A stretch of 62,390 nucleotides of DNA, the filler included, from Sphacelaria rigidula (taxonomy: Eukaryota): assembly GCA_964200075.2 (NCBI GenBank). It is 4 parts of 4 records of this genome, joined end to end, with 100 filler letters (N's around TTAATTAATTAA, not from the genome) between each part and the next. Parts side by side here need not be neighbours in the genome. Positions count along the whole stretch, not along the records: positions 1 to 15,528 come from CAXNAA020001712.1; 3 more parts are not named here. One strand, 5' to 3'. The number at the start of each line of letters is the position of its first letter. Within the stretch, counting starts at the first letter, position 1. The position numbers and the translations under genes are program-made. Positions 1 to 12,636 of this stretch are shown in pieces. The notes beneath the pieces are model-generated. The model had not been told where the DNA came from, did not search any database, and saw only the letters and a list, made by a program, of their open reading frames with translations.

Positions 1-1498
1 CAAAACAAATTTGGACAATCTTTGAGAAGCTAAGAAATTACGGATTCTGCATACTTCTGACGCTGACTACTGTATCTCGAGTTCCTCAACATCCTGAAGA
101 GGTGCAAGAGGCATAGGTACCGGCCAGGCGATTCTCACTGGCGTTTTTTTTACTGTAGCATTCATGGTAGATATTCTTGAAGCTTGAGTTGCGGATCACA
201 CGGTTGAACATCCCTCCCCTGACAGGTTCGCAACTAATTTAGCATCTACGGCAGATATCGTCTGAAAACGCAAAATCAAATTTTGTATGCAGCAGGAGAC
301 GATAGCTTGCCTTCATTATTTCCGCACATTCTTACCAAGAAAAACATGAGAAGTAGCTTCCCCGGGTTCAACAGGATGAAAAATAAATAAATCAGATCTG
401 CCGAGAAAAGCACACCGACTGAAAAGGGAAACAAAAGAAAAGACAGATGACACAAGGGGATTAATTAGCAAGGCAACCGAGCGAGGGTCAACTCAAAAAC
501 AACCCCAGGCACCATCATAGACAACCAACGCAGCTGTTCGGAAAGACTGCAGATGTACTAGTGAGTATACTACCCGACGGGCTACTGGTAACTTTTGGAG
601 GTCCGCGGTAGCCACTGGGGGAGCTCGAGTGGTAGCATAGCAAAACGTTCCTTCGTATGGCGTGCTTTCGTCCAGGCTGCCATGTACATGTTAGCCCGCT
701 CCTCTACAACTTGGGATCATTCGGACACATCTTGGGCAACCTGCGTTCACGATGTCGCACTCATTCCCACGTACGAGAGAAGTCCGTGGTACAGTGTTGT
801 AGCCGCCTTGATGGTCGGCCTGCCCTCGTCTTGCCTCCAACCATTACTCCACGCACGACGATGTTGGGGAAGCGTTCATCGCGCATGCGCACAATGGGCC
901 GCAGTGTAGGAGGGTTTGCTTCATCACTGTGGGCTCAATGCACTCGCAGCTAGTTGTTTCGAGGACCTAGTGGTATGGCAGCATGTCTTGTGCAGGGGCG
1001 CTGCGGCTCGAGATATGCTTATATTTTTTCGAGGCACCTCAGCAGGATTCCTCGATAGGCCTCCCGTAACGCGCTGAAATTGTCGGATGCGAAAGTCCAG
1101 GTCACGCAGCCCTACAGCGTCACGCCGACCGCTTCAGTCTTCAGGAGGCGAATGTTAGTGGCAAGGGCGATGTAAGGGTAGTCGTATACCGCTCTGCTGT
1201 ACTTGTAGAAGCACGTCCAGGCCCGGCCAATGCGGCTCTGGATCTCGGGAGTGATATCACCGATGCTGCTGAGTTCCCCCCCAAGGTAGAGGGAGGACTC
1301 AACGCGCTTGTATCTTTGGCCCGCTGCCTTCGCCTCGATCGTATCTGCCTCCATGTTCCGGGAGCGCATGTGCATGGTGACCGTCCTCTTTTCCGCCACG
1401 ACGAGATCGAATTCCGCACATAATTCGACGAGATCGAATACCCAGGACCGCGAAGCGATGCCAGCGTTGTCGGGGTATAAAATAGCTCAGAGCACTTT

Positions 1499-1795
1499 GA
1501 CAACGTTTTCGTGGGATTGAGAGTAGAGGATACGATTCAGAGTGAGAAGCCGTCAAATAGTGAATGAATCGTTTCAGTCCCGGAATGACCCTCCACGAGA
1601 CGATATGACTACTGTAGTAGCTTGCCACTGGAGCCCTCGATATCCCCGAGTAGGATATCGACGTGCAGGTGTGAGCACACGCCAGTAATGAAGGCAAAGG
1701 AAAGCAAATACGGAATATAAAGTTGGACACTTCAAGCGGATGATAGAACTCGATCTCAATCACCGCTCTACTCTCAATCTCACGAAAACATTGAT
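1499..1795 (+). mobile_element. MITE family A copy 1 (about 295 bp, about 30-bp TIRs)
   Basis: Ends gacaacgttttcgtgggattgagagtagag ... ctctactctcaatctcacgaaaacattgat. Homologous to 1838-2131, 7150-7441 and 26391-26658. Strand is relative orientation only. Confidence 0.85.
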
Positions 1796-1837
1796 GTCGC
1801 TGAGTTCGTCCCTGGTCTTCCCGGCCCTTTCAGCGAC

Positions 1838-2131
1838 AACAATGTTTTCGTGAGATTGAGAGTCGAGCGCTGATTGAGAGTGGCTTTGATCATTCGCTTC
1901 AACTGAGCCAGTTTTTCATTTCGTGGGTGCTTTTCTTTGCCTCCACCACTGGAGTGTGCTTACAGCTACACGTCGATATCCTACTCAAGGATATCAAGGG
2001 CCTCAGCGGCGAGCTACTACAGAAAGCATATCGGGCCTCGTGGAGGGTCATTTCGGAACTGAAATTATTCATTCTTTAGTTGACTGCCTTTCACTCTTAT
2101 CATCTCCTCTCAATCTCACAAAAACATTGTT
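1838..2131 (-). mobile_element. MITE family A copy 2 (inverted relative to copy 1), 4-bp TSD CGAC
   Basis: TIRs aacaatgttttcgtgagattgagag ... ctctcaatctcacaaaaacattgtt, flanked by CGAC at 1834-1837 and 2132-2135. Confidence 0.85.
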
Positions 2132-3522
2132 CGACGCGGATGGAGTCTTGCGCCCCCGCTTTAATAATCGAGAAGCGGTCGAACGTTATCGTCCGCACGT
2201 CCGCGAAAAAGATATTGAACAGACCGGGGGAAAGCACACAACCTTGGCGGAGGCCCTGGTTAACGTTGAACCACTCAGACGTCTCGCCGTTGTCCAGGCG
2301 TACGCATGCCCACATGCTGTCGTGGAATTGGCGGATGACGGAAGTTACCTTGGACGGATGCCGTAGTGTGCTAGAACTTTTGAGAGAAAAGGGCGGTCCA
2401 CTGAGTCGTGTGCCTTTTGGAGGGCGATGAAGTACACGTACAGGGGATGATTCTTCTCTCTGGCCAATTCTTGGAGCCTGCCCAAAACGAACATCATGTC
2501 GACTGTAGACCGGCCAGGTCGGAAACCGCACTGTGCTTCTGGGAGGATTCCCTTCCACTCGCAATAAGCTCTGAGGTGAGTCGCAACTATCTTGAGTACC
2601 ACCTTTAGCCCGCGTGGGACCCGAGAGAAATACCGCGGTGGTTACCGCATTCGTGCGGGTCCTGGTTCTTGAGCAGCATCTTGATGATGGGTGTCTTCCC
2701 ACTCTTGCGGCACTACTTCCTGACGCCACACCGGGAGCACGATGTTGTGGAAGCAATTCAGGATTGCCGAGCTTCAATAGTTTGTCACAGATGTTGTCCG
2801 TCCAAACGGTCGTGCCGATCGCCAGCTTGCCCACCGCTTCCTTCACTTCTGCCATCGAGGGCTCCGTCGCGAGCGGTGCGTGCTCCCGTGTCTGTTCGAT
2901 GAGATCGATGACAGGGTGGTCGATCGTAGGCGAGGTTGCGCTCAGCAGTGTTTCAAACCATTCCCTTCCATCGTTGCAGAACAGCTTGCTTGTTCTGCAA
3001 CAGCTGGCCAGTCGCGCTCCTGATGCCTACACATTAATAATTTAAAAGACGCGAGATTGGCACTGCGGGCTGGCATCAGACTTTGGGAATCGATCTATCA
3101 AGGAGTGACCCGTCGGTATCAAAATGACCGCACGAGGATCGTGTACGCTTTAGGAGCACACAATGTACTACTCTCACTAGCAGCTACACACATTCTCGCG
3201 GAAAATTGTGACGCACGCACGCACGCTAAACCGTACAAAGGCAGTATATTAACAATAACAACAGTAGTCGGCAACTTCGCAGCCGCACGTCTCTAGAAGC
3301 GCCTGGAGGGCTACAACCAACCACTTTCGTTTTGGCAAGATCTGAACGTATACCGACGTGCTCTGCATTAAGCTGTAGACAGCGAGAGTAGGCGACCTGT
3401 TGAATCAGCATCACTTGCATTGGGACAAGATATTCATGATCCAGATGGACTACCCTCGCGGTCTAGGGGTTGAGGAAGCGCGCAGACCCCGTCGGGTGTG
3501 CTTACGAATAGTTACCTCTGAG

Positions 3523-4919
3523 TCAGTCAGATATGCCGTTCCGTTTGTACAAGTATTTCTGCAGGGCTACCCCGGCGATGTCGGAAGTCATCACCCCGAA
3601 CGAGCCCGCAACGGAGCCCGACCCGAGAGCAAGTTCCTTCAACTCTGGTCGAACTGCTTCGGCCATCAATCGAAATCCGTTGACGTAGGCCAGCCCGCCC
3701 ACTAGCCCTACCCCGAAGCACATCAGCAATAGGGTGTCATTGTACCAGAAATGCTCGACTGCCACGAGGTAGAAAAATAAAAGCATGGACAGTTGAACGG
3801 CCGGCAGAGTCCACAAGGCTCCCACCGAGAGAGGGAGAATCATGCCCGAAGAACGAGCCACGAACACGCCTGCTTGGTAGCTCCAGTTCGAGTACTCGTA
3901 AAAACGCTTCCGTGCTTCCGGTGATGTGACAGGAAATCCGACCGCGCTCCACGTTCCTGTCTGCATTGTGTACTGCGCGAAGCGAATCACGCGATTCAAG
4001 AAACAAGCAAAAACTGCTCTTTCAGTTCAGCCCGGGATTTCGGGGGATGCAGCGGCGGGGATTCTGGCAATCGGAAGTTGCTCTTGCGATGCGAAGGGGC
4101 ACAGTGAACGAAGGAAGCTGGCCTATATTGCGAGCAATTTTCGTTGTGCGGCGTCATCCACAGTAAACCCTCCTTACCTCAGCAAAGAACACAACACCGA
4201 GGGGTACCATGAAACGCCATAGGCCCAGAGTGAAGCGCAACCGGCCACGTGTCGTTATCGAGTTCAGCGCGTGAAGCTTGCCCTCCGAACGTCTTTGCTG
4301 TACATGCAAGAGTGGTTGATCAGCCGCTGTTGACATCGGTGTCTTTTCGACGCCAGCACCGCATTGGCCAATCCCATCCCATCCTACCCTCCCGCCGACG
4401 CGGTCGCGAACGCCTTGCCTTCCATCGCTCATCACCTGCCCTCCACGGCTGAGTAACGAGGTTGACGTGGACTTCGAAGGTGAGTCGTCCCCACGTGAAA
4501 ACCCGCCATGGGCGGTGGCCGTTCCAACACCAGCACCGCTGAAGCCACTCGTATCAGAGGTATGAGGATCGCCAAGCAGCACGAAGTACGTCAAAAGCCA
4601 CGCCACCGCAAGCAAATGGGCCATCTGGAGAGTGGAGCGCAATGACTTTTCCAATACGAACCGAAAAAAAAACACCCACGCGTACCCGAAGATACCGGCG
4701 AACCCCGTGCCGCTCGACCAGGCTGTGAGCGCGCGCGGGGTGTTGTACAGCGAGGCTAGTGCCAGGCACGATGTCTCGCCAAGACTTCCTTGCAGAGAAG
4801 AGAATACCACTCCTGCGAGTTGGATCCGCGTCTCCAGACCTTGGCTGACCGTTGTGAACGACAACATCATCAACACTGAAGCTGCAATCACTCGCACGCG
4901 GTATGACACATGATGAAAC
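3523..4919 (-). CDS. CLN3: Battenin / CLN3 / BTN1 family lysosomal-vacuolar membrane protein, last two exons (5' exons not located)
   Basis: Exons 4919-4178 and 3972-3523 are joined by a GT-AG intron (4177-3973) giving VVFFAE|YTMQTG. CLN3 motifs: SSLQGSLGETSCL, AWSSGTGFAGIFG, YQAGVFVARSS, GLVGGLAYVNGF. Stop codon ends at 3523. Confidence 0.92.
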
Positions 4920-5246
4920 CTGCGTATGTGGACGATTAGTGCACAGGGGTGACGTATGTGCGCGCTCGGAGACACATTGTAGTACCGCTGTCGGAGCAGG
5001 GAGGACGTGGTCACGCGTCACTACATACAACGGCCGTTCTGTTGATCATCACTTCCTTGACTGTGGGGTTCCCTAAAAGCTGCTGCTATATTCTTTCTCG
5101 ACATTGAAACAATTGATTCTTCAATAGACACCAACCTTTCAATCCAGAGGCTTCTGCAGCAGCTGCTATCTCGTTTCATGTCCTTCAAGGGCGTTCCAAA
5201 ATGTTTTCGGATATGTGCATCGAAGTGCATACAACTGCAGTGCATA

Positions 5247-5333
5247 CTTTGACCGCCAGGATGGGTCATCTGGGTCTTGCACTCATTTTTCCGTGATACT
5301 AAATCACCATATGAACCGCCCTGGCGGTCGAAG
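5247..5333. repeat. Short imperfect inverted repeat (27-bp arms), possible tiny MITE
   Basis: ctttgaccgccaggatgggtcatctgg (5247-5273) pairs with ccatatgaaccgccctggcggtcgaag (5307-5333). Confidence 0.65.
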
Positions 5334-6854
5334 GATTCTATAAATCGAACACGTGAATGGCTGACCCTTCTCCGACCTCTTTTGGCGTGAAGGCGGTGAC
5401 TTTGTGCACATCCTACATATTACAAACATACGCCTTAATATGCCTAGCTTGACTGAGAATTCACAATGATACTACACGGGGATCTTCTAGCGTTTTCTTG
5501 TTCGATACTTGTGCGTAGGACATATACTGTGCCATGGTTTCCTTGAACGTATGCGTAGCACTAGTTTTACATCAGCAACTGAACGCATCACTGCATGCCA
5601 CATCTTCGTGCTTGTTGTGTAGCCTTTACCATGCAGTTTTTTTCTGTAATTTACTCGCACTATTGCGCCGTCACCGAAGTGAACATGTTGCGCCCACCGA
5701 GCATTCCTTTCCTTACTTTTCCCGGGGAATATTCCTCGTGATGATATGCACGCCCTGGAAAGTTGAATCTTTTTACACACGTGCAATGACGTCTGAATTT
5801 GTCAAGTGATGTCAGCCGGGCGAGCTGAGCACAGGGTGCCCGCGGGCGCAAAACTTCGTTTCTCTGCATAGCGTTCGAATACACTGCTCGGCTAGTCAGC
5901 TCGGAGGGGCGAGTGAGTCGTGGCTACAAGTCGTTGCGGAGAAGGTACCAGCTTCTTGCGAACGATCTAGAACCTTGACTAATTGGCTCGGCACGTTCTC
6001 TGCGGAACGTTTCCCCAATATTGATTCTGGCTCACCACATGAGACCGCCAGCCTCCTAGTGTTCATCATCACGGCTTTTCCAAGGAAAACCTTGATGATC
6101 TGAACCGTGTGAAAATCACCGATAACCATGGAACCAACCTTGTGTACTGGACTGAGATAATTGTGACGAGGACCGGCCAACCTGCTGTGCTGGACCTGAG
6201 CTCTGGTGTGTTTGCTGCACGTTATCGATCATGGTATGATGCTGCTTACTGCGAACTCAGCTCATGACGGGTGAGATGTAAGACATGTTGTTCCAGTAGC
6301 TTGCTACTGATTTCCGGTGCAAACACCCGATTCCGCTTATTTTGTTCATCGCTGTACTTCTCTTCTGTATCGAAGTAGGGTCGGCGTGTTTCGCAACTTG
6401 AAAATACTGTTTCGTAGTATCCTCCCACATTGACTGAACCCAGAGGGACCCTGCCGTGGTCACAACATAGACGTGCTCGAGGTAAACAAAATGCAGATCT
6501 CGCTAGAGAAAGTGGGAACAACCAATCTATGAAGACTCTCGAATCTGTTGGTCCGAAAACACAAAGTATGTGACCGCGGAGTCAGGAAAGCCAAAGCGCA
6601 ACCGTTGCGCCACTCGGCGTGCTCGGCATCCGATTTTGCAAGGAGCAGACATGAGAAAGGGGGGCCAACGAGAAGTGCCAGGGCTGTTCGACGACATTTT
6701 ACTGTACATTGCCCACTTTCCTCCGCTTCTTTGGTTACACTTTACTTTCGACATTATCCTTGACGTGGAGAAATTGTGTGTTATGTCACATGCACACCAC
6801 TCACACATTCCCGGTTTGAGCCTTGCTGTCAAATACTTTGCGATCTTACCGTCA

Positions 6855-6990
6855 AAACCTGGAGAAATAGGTCATTTTTCATTTTTTTCCGCTGGGCGCG
6901 GGACGCGCCTTGGAAAGGGTTAAACCTGGAGAAAAAGGACATTTTTCATTCTTTTCCGCTGGGCGCGGGACGCGACTTGGAAAGGGTTAT
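6855..6990. repeat. Tandem duplication of a roughly 67-bp unit ending GGAAAGGG-TTA
   Basis: Two adjacent near-identical copies of aaacctggagaaa...ttttccgctgggcgcgggacgcg.cttggaaagggtta. Confidence 0.8.
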
Positions 6991-7149
6991 ATAATGCGGT
7001 GGGGGCATGAGGGTTCGAAGCACACAACGAAAAAAATAGCGAACACGATCCGGCCTTGAAGTGGGTGTGAAAATAATATTAAGAATCGTTCGTGTTTCAA
7101 ATTGTTCTCCTGTTAAGGAAGATGTTTGGGTCAATCTTTTTCCGTGTGT

Positions 7150-7441
7150 CACAACGTTTTCGTGAAATTGAGAGTAGAGGATATGGTTGAGGGTGAAAAT
7201 CGGTTATTTAGTGAATGAATCGCGTTTCAGTCCCTCCGCGAGGCTCGATATGCTCTCCATCGTAGCTTGGCACCGAGGCCCTTGATATCCCTGAGCAGGA
7301 TATCGACGCGTAGCTGTAAGCACACGCTAGTGATGGAGGCAGAGAAAAGCACACACGGAAAGAAAAATTGGCTAGGTTAAAGCGAATTGCCAAAGCCACT
7401 TTTAATCAGCGCTCTACTCTCAATTTCGCAAAAATGTTGTT
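7150..7441 (+). mobile_element. MITE family A copy 3, 4-bp TSD GTGT
   Basis: Same TIRs and interior as the other family A copies. GTGT at 7146-7149 and 7442-7445. Confidence 0.85.
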
Positions 7442-9294
7442 GTGTACTTTTGTCGAGCAGGAGCGACGGGCTTTGTCTTCCGCTTTATGATTTCTTGGCT
7501 TTTCCCGCTAGCGGTGGTTCGGCTGTGTATGTGTGCGTGTGAGCTGTAGCGTTGGGGGTGTGCGTATCGTGGCGTGCACCATCCGCCGGCTCTGTTGTGT
7601 GAGGGTGGATTCATAAATGGTGTTGGTTGGACTGACGGGTCTGCACAGATGGGTCTGCACAGATGTCGTGTGGAACTGGTTCTACTCTGCCGGCAGATTC
7701 TGCTACTATTGTTCTTTGTCCATAGGTGCAAATTGCTCGCCAGGCAAATTGTGCGTTGCAAGACCTCATTTAGACAAAAGGGCGTTCTGCGCAAGGTAGG
7801 AGCGCAGCCGCCATTAACCCTTCAGGCATTCTTCACGAAGGATGACGATGTTTGGTATTTATATGAAAAGTAGTCAAGGAGAACCCCTGACCGGTTATGA
7901 CCCTACAGTCAGTTGCGTACGGAGCGAGCGTGTATGTGTGCTTGATATCATATGTGGTTAAATTGTCAGTACAGTACCAAATTGATAAATACGCAGCGAA
8001 GTAGGTGACCTGTACTTCACCTGCAGGGGAACAAAGTAACCATTTTGATAGCCGTGATTGGTCAGAATGGCGACTCCGCTTCTCTCGGACCTCATTCTTG
8101 ACGTGCACTATTCCTTGGGGAAGTGCCACACACACATGGTTGGCTTGGTTAGCTTTTTGGCTGTCCTGAAAACCGGCCTACATCCCCTTTTAAAAACCAC
8201 CTCCCTGGAACCTCGGATGTCCCTGGACTGTCAGCGTGTGAAACTGTTCCGAGGTGATGCTCGCTGTCTAAGGCTTGAAGTTCCAGATGCCAGTGGCCAG
8301 ACTAAAACCAAGTCGGGAGAACTTCACCCCACCAAGTTGTGAACTCTATTCTAACGAAGAGACACACAACTGACTTCCTCGACACAGCGGTGATTCTTTT
8401 CGTATACGGCATGTAGTCAGAGATAGATCTGGAAATCTCAACGGGCGTGGCTGAAACACATGACTAAACCACGTTCCAGCTTCACAACCCAACCCGGCCA
8501 AGCACGCACAGGCTTCCAGGACACACGCGTAGCACGCCTGGCGCTAGCTATTGCTATTTTATGCATAGAGCTCCTCCTTTTACGGCAATCTGTGTGGTAT
8601 TGGATGAGGATTGGCCGTACCCGTGAAACAAAACTTGCTGGAAATGGAGTCGTTGACTGTTGAACGTGAGAGCACTTATTGTTCCCGAGTTGATAGGTAA
8701 AAAGTACCAAGCAAACAAAAAATGAAACATATGGACAAACAACCGGTGTTTACTCAACGCCATCACTGGCGGCAAAAAAAATGCTGATGTTGGGACGGTG
8801 CAGTGCAAGCTGCGAGGACTCGGTGGGCATTGCGTGCGGTGCAAACAATCGGTGAGCACTTTTGTACTGGATTGACGGCCTGTCTTGTCAGCGTTTGTAT
8901 AGACGAAAAAATGTTGGTACTCTCCCGTATTTTATGTACGACACCACCAAAAAGTGGGTGGGACAGGTATTTAGAAATTTGAATATCTGGGGAGCTGTGA
9001 AATGAACGGCACAGTACACAGTACACCTTGGCAATGAAAGCTTGCAACTACCCATTTGTGTGGTTGGAAGGTGGACTGTGCTGTAACATTATGTTGGACA
9101 CTGGTGTAGGGTGCATGCCGTCCCGGTCATGGAAGTTGGACGGTGCTTGTGAGCGCTTGCAAATTGTTATACTTCTGGGTTTTGAACTTTGAAATGACGG
9201 CACAGCGTGACAACACCCCGCCATAATTCGCCATCAATGCCGGGTGTACCGTGTACAGTAGAGGTTTGAATTTTGAATCTGTGGAGAGCTTTGA

Positions 9295-9690
9295 GATGAT
9301 CTCCGTTATTGTGGCGCAGTTTATCCTCCTTGTGATTATCGCCGTTGTGGCGCAGTTTTTCGTCATGAGACGCGGGGATAAGCCACAACAGCGACTGCAC
9401 ATATAAACAACTGTTGTAGTGTAGTGCAGGAGCGACTATACATATAGCTATTGCTCTTTGTTTCACGGCAATCCGTGTTGGATGAAGTGCTGTCTGTGCG
9501 GGGTGAGTTCCAGCTTTGTCGCCAGAGTCAAAGCGTGTCGTAAAAATCGTTGTGAGAAGCGAGCATAAGCTACAGCAGCTGTGACGTGCAGTTTTTCGTC
9601 GTCGCGATCACCGTTGTTGTGGTGCAGTGCTGCTTGTGCGGGGTGACTTGCAGCTTTGTCGCCAGAGTCAGAGCGTGTTGTTAAAAGTGT
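9295..9690. repeat. Cluster of short direct repeats
   Basis: A unit of about 60 bp (gtgctg..tgtgcggggtga.tt.cagctttgtcgccagagtca.agcgtgt) at about 9487 and 9627. ttgtggcgcagttt occurs twice at about 9309 and 9345, and gcagtttttcgtc recurs at about 9588. Confidence 0.7.
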
Positions 9691-12636
9691 TCTGATGAGG
9701 ACCATTTTCGACTTGGATTGAGTATAGAAAAACGGACACGCTTGTTCTGATTAAACTATGGAGCGGAGATACATTTAGGCTAATAATAAATAGGATAATA
9801 AATAGGAAACGTGTCATTATGCTTCCCAATGACCGCCGAGAAGCAGGAAAATGGTGAAAAATGATCCTCAGATACCAGGTTCGCCCTTTTATTGCATTCA
9901 GCCTGGAACCAGCTATCGTGCGCTATATGGCCATTTTCTTCGCGAGAGTTACGGGGTTGGTCTGAGGGAAGCTACTGCGGCTTCATTCATCCTACCTCGG
10001 AGCCCATGCGAAACAGCAGTGGCGCCTCTCTTATCTTTACAAAATATGCGACCCTTCAGTCATGCACTGTACACCTGCGCTGCTTTCAGATCATCATCAC
10101 GATCAGACCACTAGGTACAACGACACCGCAGCTTCGTAACTGAATAATGACAATGGTTCCTGTTGTACGTGAGCAACAACGATGCCTCCGTATGTCGCCC
10201 TAGGGCAGACGCCTGATGTTTGCAATAATACCACGCAAATGCGAGAACACGCGCTCGATGATAAAATAGGGAACATGATGGACAAACACAGGAGCGCGGG
10301 AGATCAAGGCCTGTCAGATGAAGCGCACTGCTGTCAGGTGCAGACCGCGCTGGTGTTTACAAGTTTGCCGTTGTTCGATTGCGGCGTCGCCACGTGGTGT
10401 TACTGTATAGTATTGCGTTCAGAACAGCGTGCGTACCGAATCCTCACTTCGTCCCGCACTTCTGCTCATTCATATCTACGGATTCGTGTTGCACTCATCA
10501 GTCTCCACCCCCGATTGCAAACCCGCTGTTAGGGATGTGCATCGCGGGGGTGAAGTGTGCTAAGGTAGCTGTTCGGCGACAGGTTTACAACCATAGACAG
10601 CTCATTTTTATTTCCGTTTCCCATGTGGATACACGTCAGTTCAAACACCCTTTTCATGGCCAGCTCTTGCGTCCAGGCAACGCCCTTCCTGTCTAGGCGT
10701 TGGATACACCTCCATACCCCTTGCACACATGCCTGGAATCAGTCCTTTTTTTCAGCTCTTTTGGAGCATTCCCTGAAAACCTGAAGAAAAAAAAACTTTC
10801 CCGTCTGCTCTGCCGAGCGCGGCATGTTCCCTGAAAGTGACTGAATCGAGACATACATTGGGATTGGGAGCACACAACGCAAAAACTGCGCCCAAATCGA
10901 ACTTGTTGTCGACGAGAACTTGGGTGTTTAGCCGCCTTATCGACAGAGTCTCTCGAACAAGCGGTCTGTCTTCCTCAACAAAAGCAAATGAAATAAACCC
11001 CAGGCAGTCAGGACGGGCAGGGAGGGGGGGACTTTTTGTCGGTGCGTATTACTGTTGTGTCCACGTATAATGCACTCCGACACATTATGAACAGAAAAAG
11101 CGGTACCGCATGTTTACCCAGTCTCAAAGTGACCCCCATGTAGAGAGCGTGACTTGTAATGGAATAGACAACATCATGACAAGCGCATCATCTGGTTCTG
11201 TTTGTTAATTGTGTGAGTCCACATGTGTTGTCATGTGTGCCGTACCGTTTGTACAACATCTGTACGCTGGAAAAACACTATAGTGTTGTGTTATGAAGAC
11301 GTGGAGCAACAATCACAGCGTAGGTGATATGTTGCATTGCCATGATTTTCACTTGAGAAGGAACGCAGGACCCAGGTGACCCGCCCCGTGCGTCAACAGA
11401 TTCACTTTTACAGCAGGCGGAAGGACGAGTAAACGCTCTTCAAAGGTTTGTTGCACTCTGATCTATGGTGATAGCGGTAGAGAAAGGAAAGGAATGCAGC
11501 GGGAGAGCGAGAGAAGATAACGCTGTTATACTGTACTGTACTGTGCGTTGAAGCTTAGCTCTGTGGATACAATCACCCCCAGGGTGGGTCACCTGTGTTA
11601 CACTGGCATAATGAATGTAATACCCAGATGACCCACCCAGGGGGTCCAAGTGTTCAGTTTGGAGTTGGCGGCAGGAAGAGGTGATGCTCTCCAAGGGTTT
11701 GCTGCAATCTGATCCTTGGTGACACCCATCGGCAAGGGAAGGAACGCAGAAGGGGGAGAGATGAGACAACGATGTGCTGTACTCTACCATATTGCCTTGT
11801 ATTATTGTATTGGCTTTGTCTACCCTTAGTCACCCCCAGTGTGGTTCACCTGTGTTGCATTGGCATAATTTTGACTTGAAAAAAGCAAGGATCTACAGTC
11901 TGTACGGCTGTGAAAAGTAGTAGGAGTGTTATGTCCGCAGAAGGCTTTCTGGGGTTCTCTTCGAACCGACCGCACGGATCCTTTGTTCCTGGCCAGCTAG
12001 CTCGATTTTTTCATCAGGAAGAGCCGGGACATCGTCGTGGAAAAATGTCCAACATGTTCGTGAGCGATTCGCATCCCTAACTATTGTACTAGACATGAAA
12101 AGCATTCCCCGGGTTGAAGATCCATCAGCGCAAAATTTGCATGCATCATGTGGGCGTCAGTTCCCAACCGGTGGCTGTAATTTCGCCAAAACGTCTTGTC
12201 CCTTCTGTTGAGGTGTGAGGTTACATTTGACATCTTCAAACAGGCTCTAACATGCCATTATTTTTTTCCCATGATATTATTGAACCCTTGTCGCACGGTC
12301 CGCATGTTAACGGTATGGCTATTGTGTCAAACCTTCAGGTCCGAACTCCTCCCACAAATACGCCGTGTGCTAAGCTCCTCAACCAAAAAATAATCCTTCC
12401 TTGGGTGGCCCACCTGTTACTCCTCGTGTTTTTCGGCGCTGTGTCTCCGCAGTCACAACTGATGTTATTCAAAATCGAATGCAGAGCCCAATTACACGAG
12501 TTCTTGCCCAAATCTCCACCAATCGCTTCTGCATGTCAACACAATGTTTTCCACCGAATGAGTCGAGGACTTTTGTTTATTTGGTTCACTCGTGGGATAT
12601 TCTGGTCTACATTTCAAAACTGCTTCCAAATGGCTA

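Larger units (their letters stand above)
380..3020 (-). mobile_element. Degenerate, 5'-truncated non-LTR retrotransposon (LINE, RTE-like) ORF2 reverse transcriptase, frameshifted and interrupted by two MITEs
   Basis: Minus-strand ORF pieces carry non-LTR RT motifs: [20 protein letters not shown]...[12 protein letters not shown] (2345-2602), [22 protein letters not shown] (about 2200-2270), a decayed YADD box read as ILYPDNAGIASRS (about 1445-1485) and YLGGELSSIGDITPEIQSRIGRAW (1112-1399). Several frameshifts. Outer boundaries approximate. Confidence 0.9.

Noticed and set aside
6250..6310. NNMSYI on the minus strand as the missing CLN3 N-terminal motif
   Set aside because: The flanking residues do not fit, an in-frame stop follows and a frameshift would be needed. 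Probably chance.
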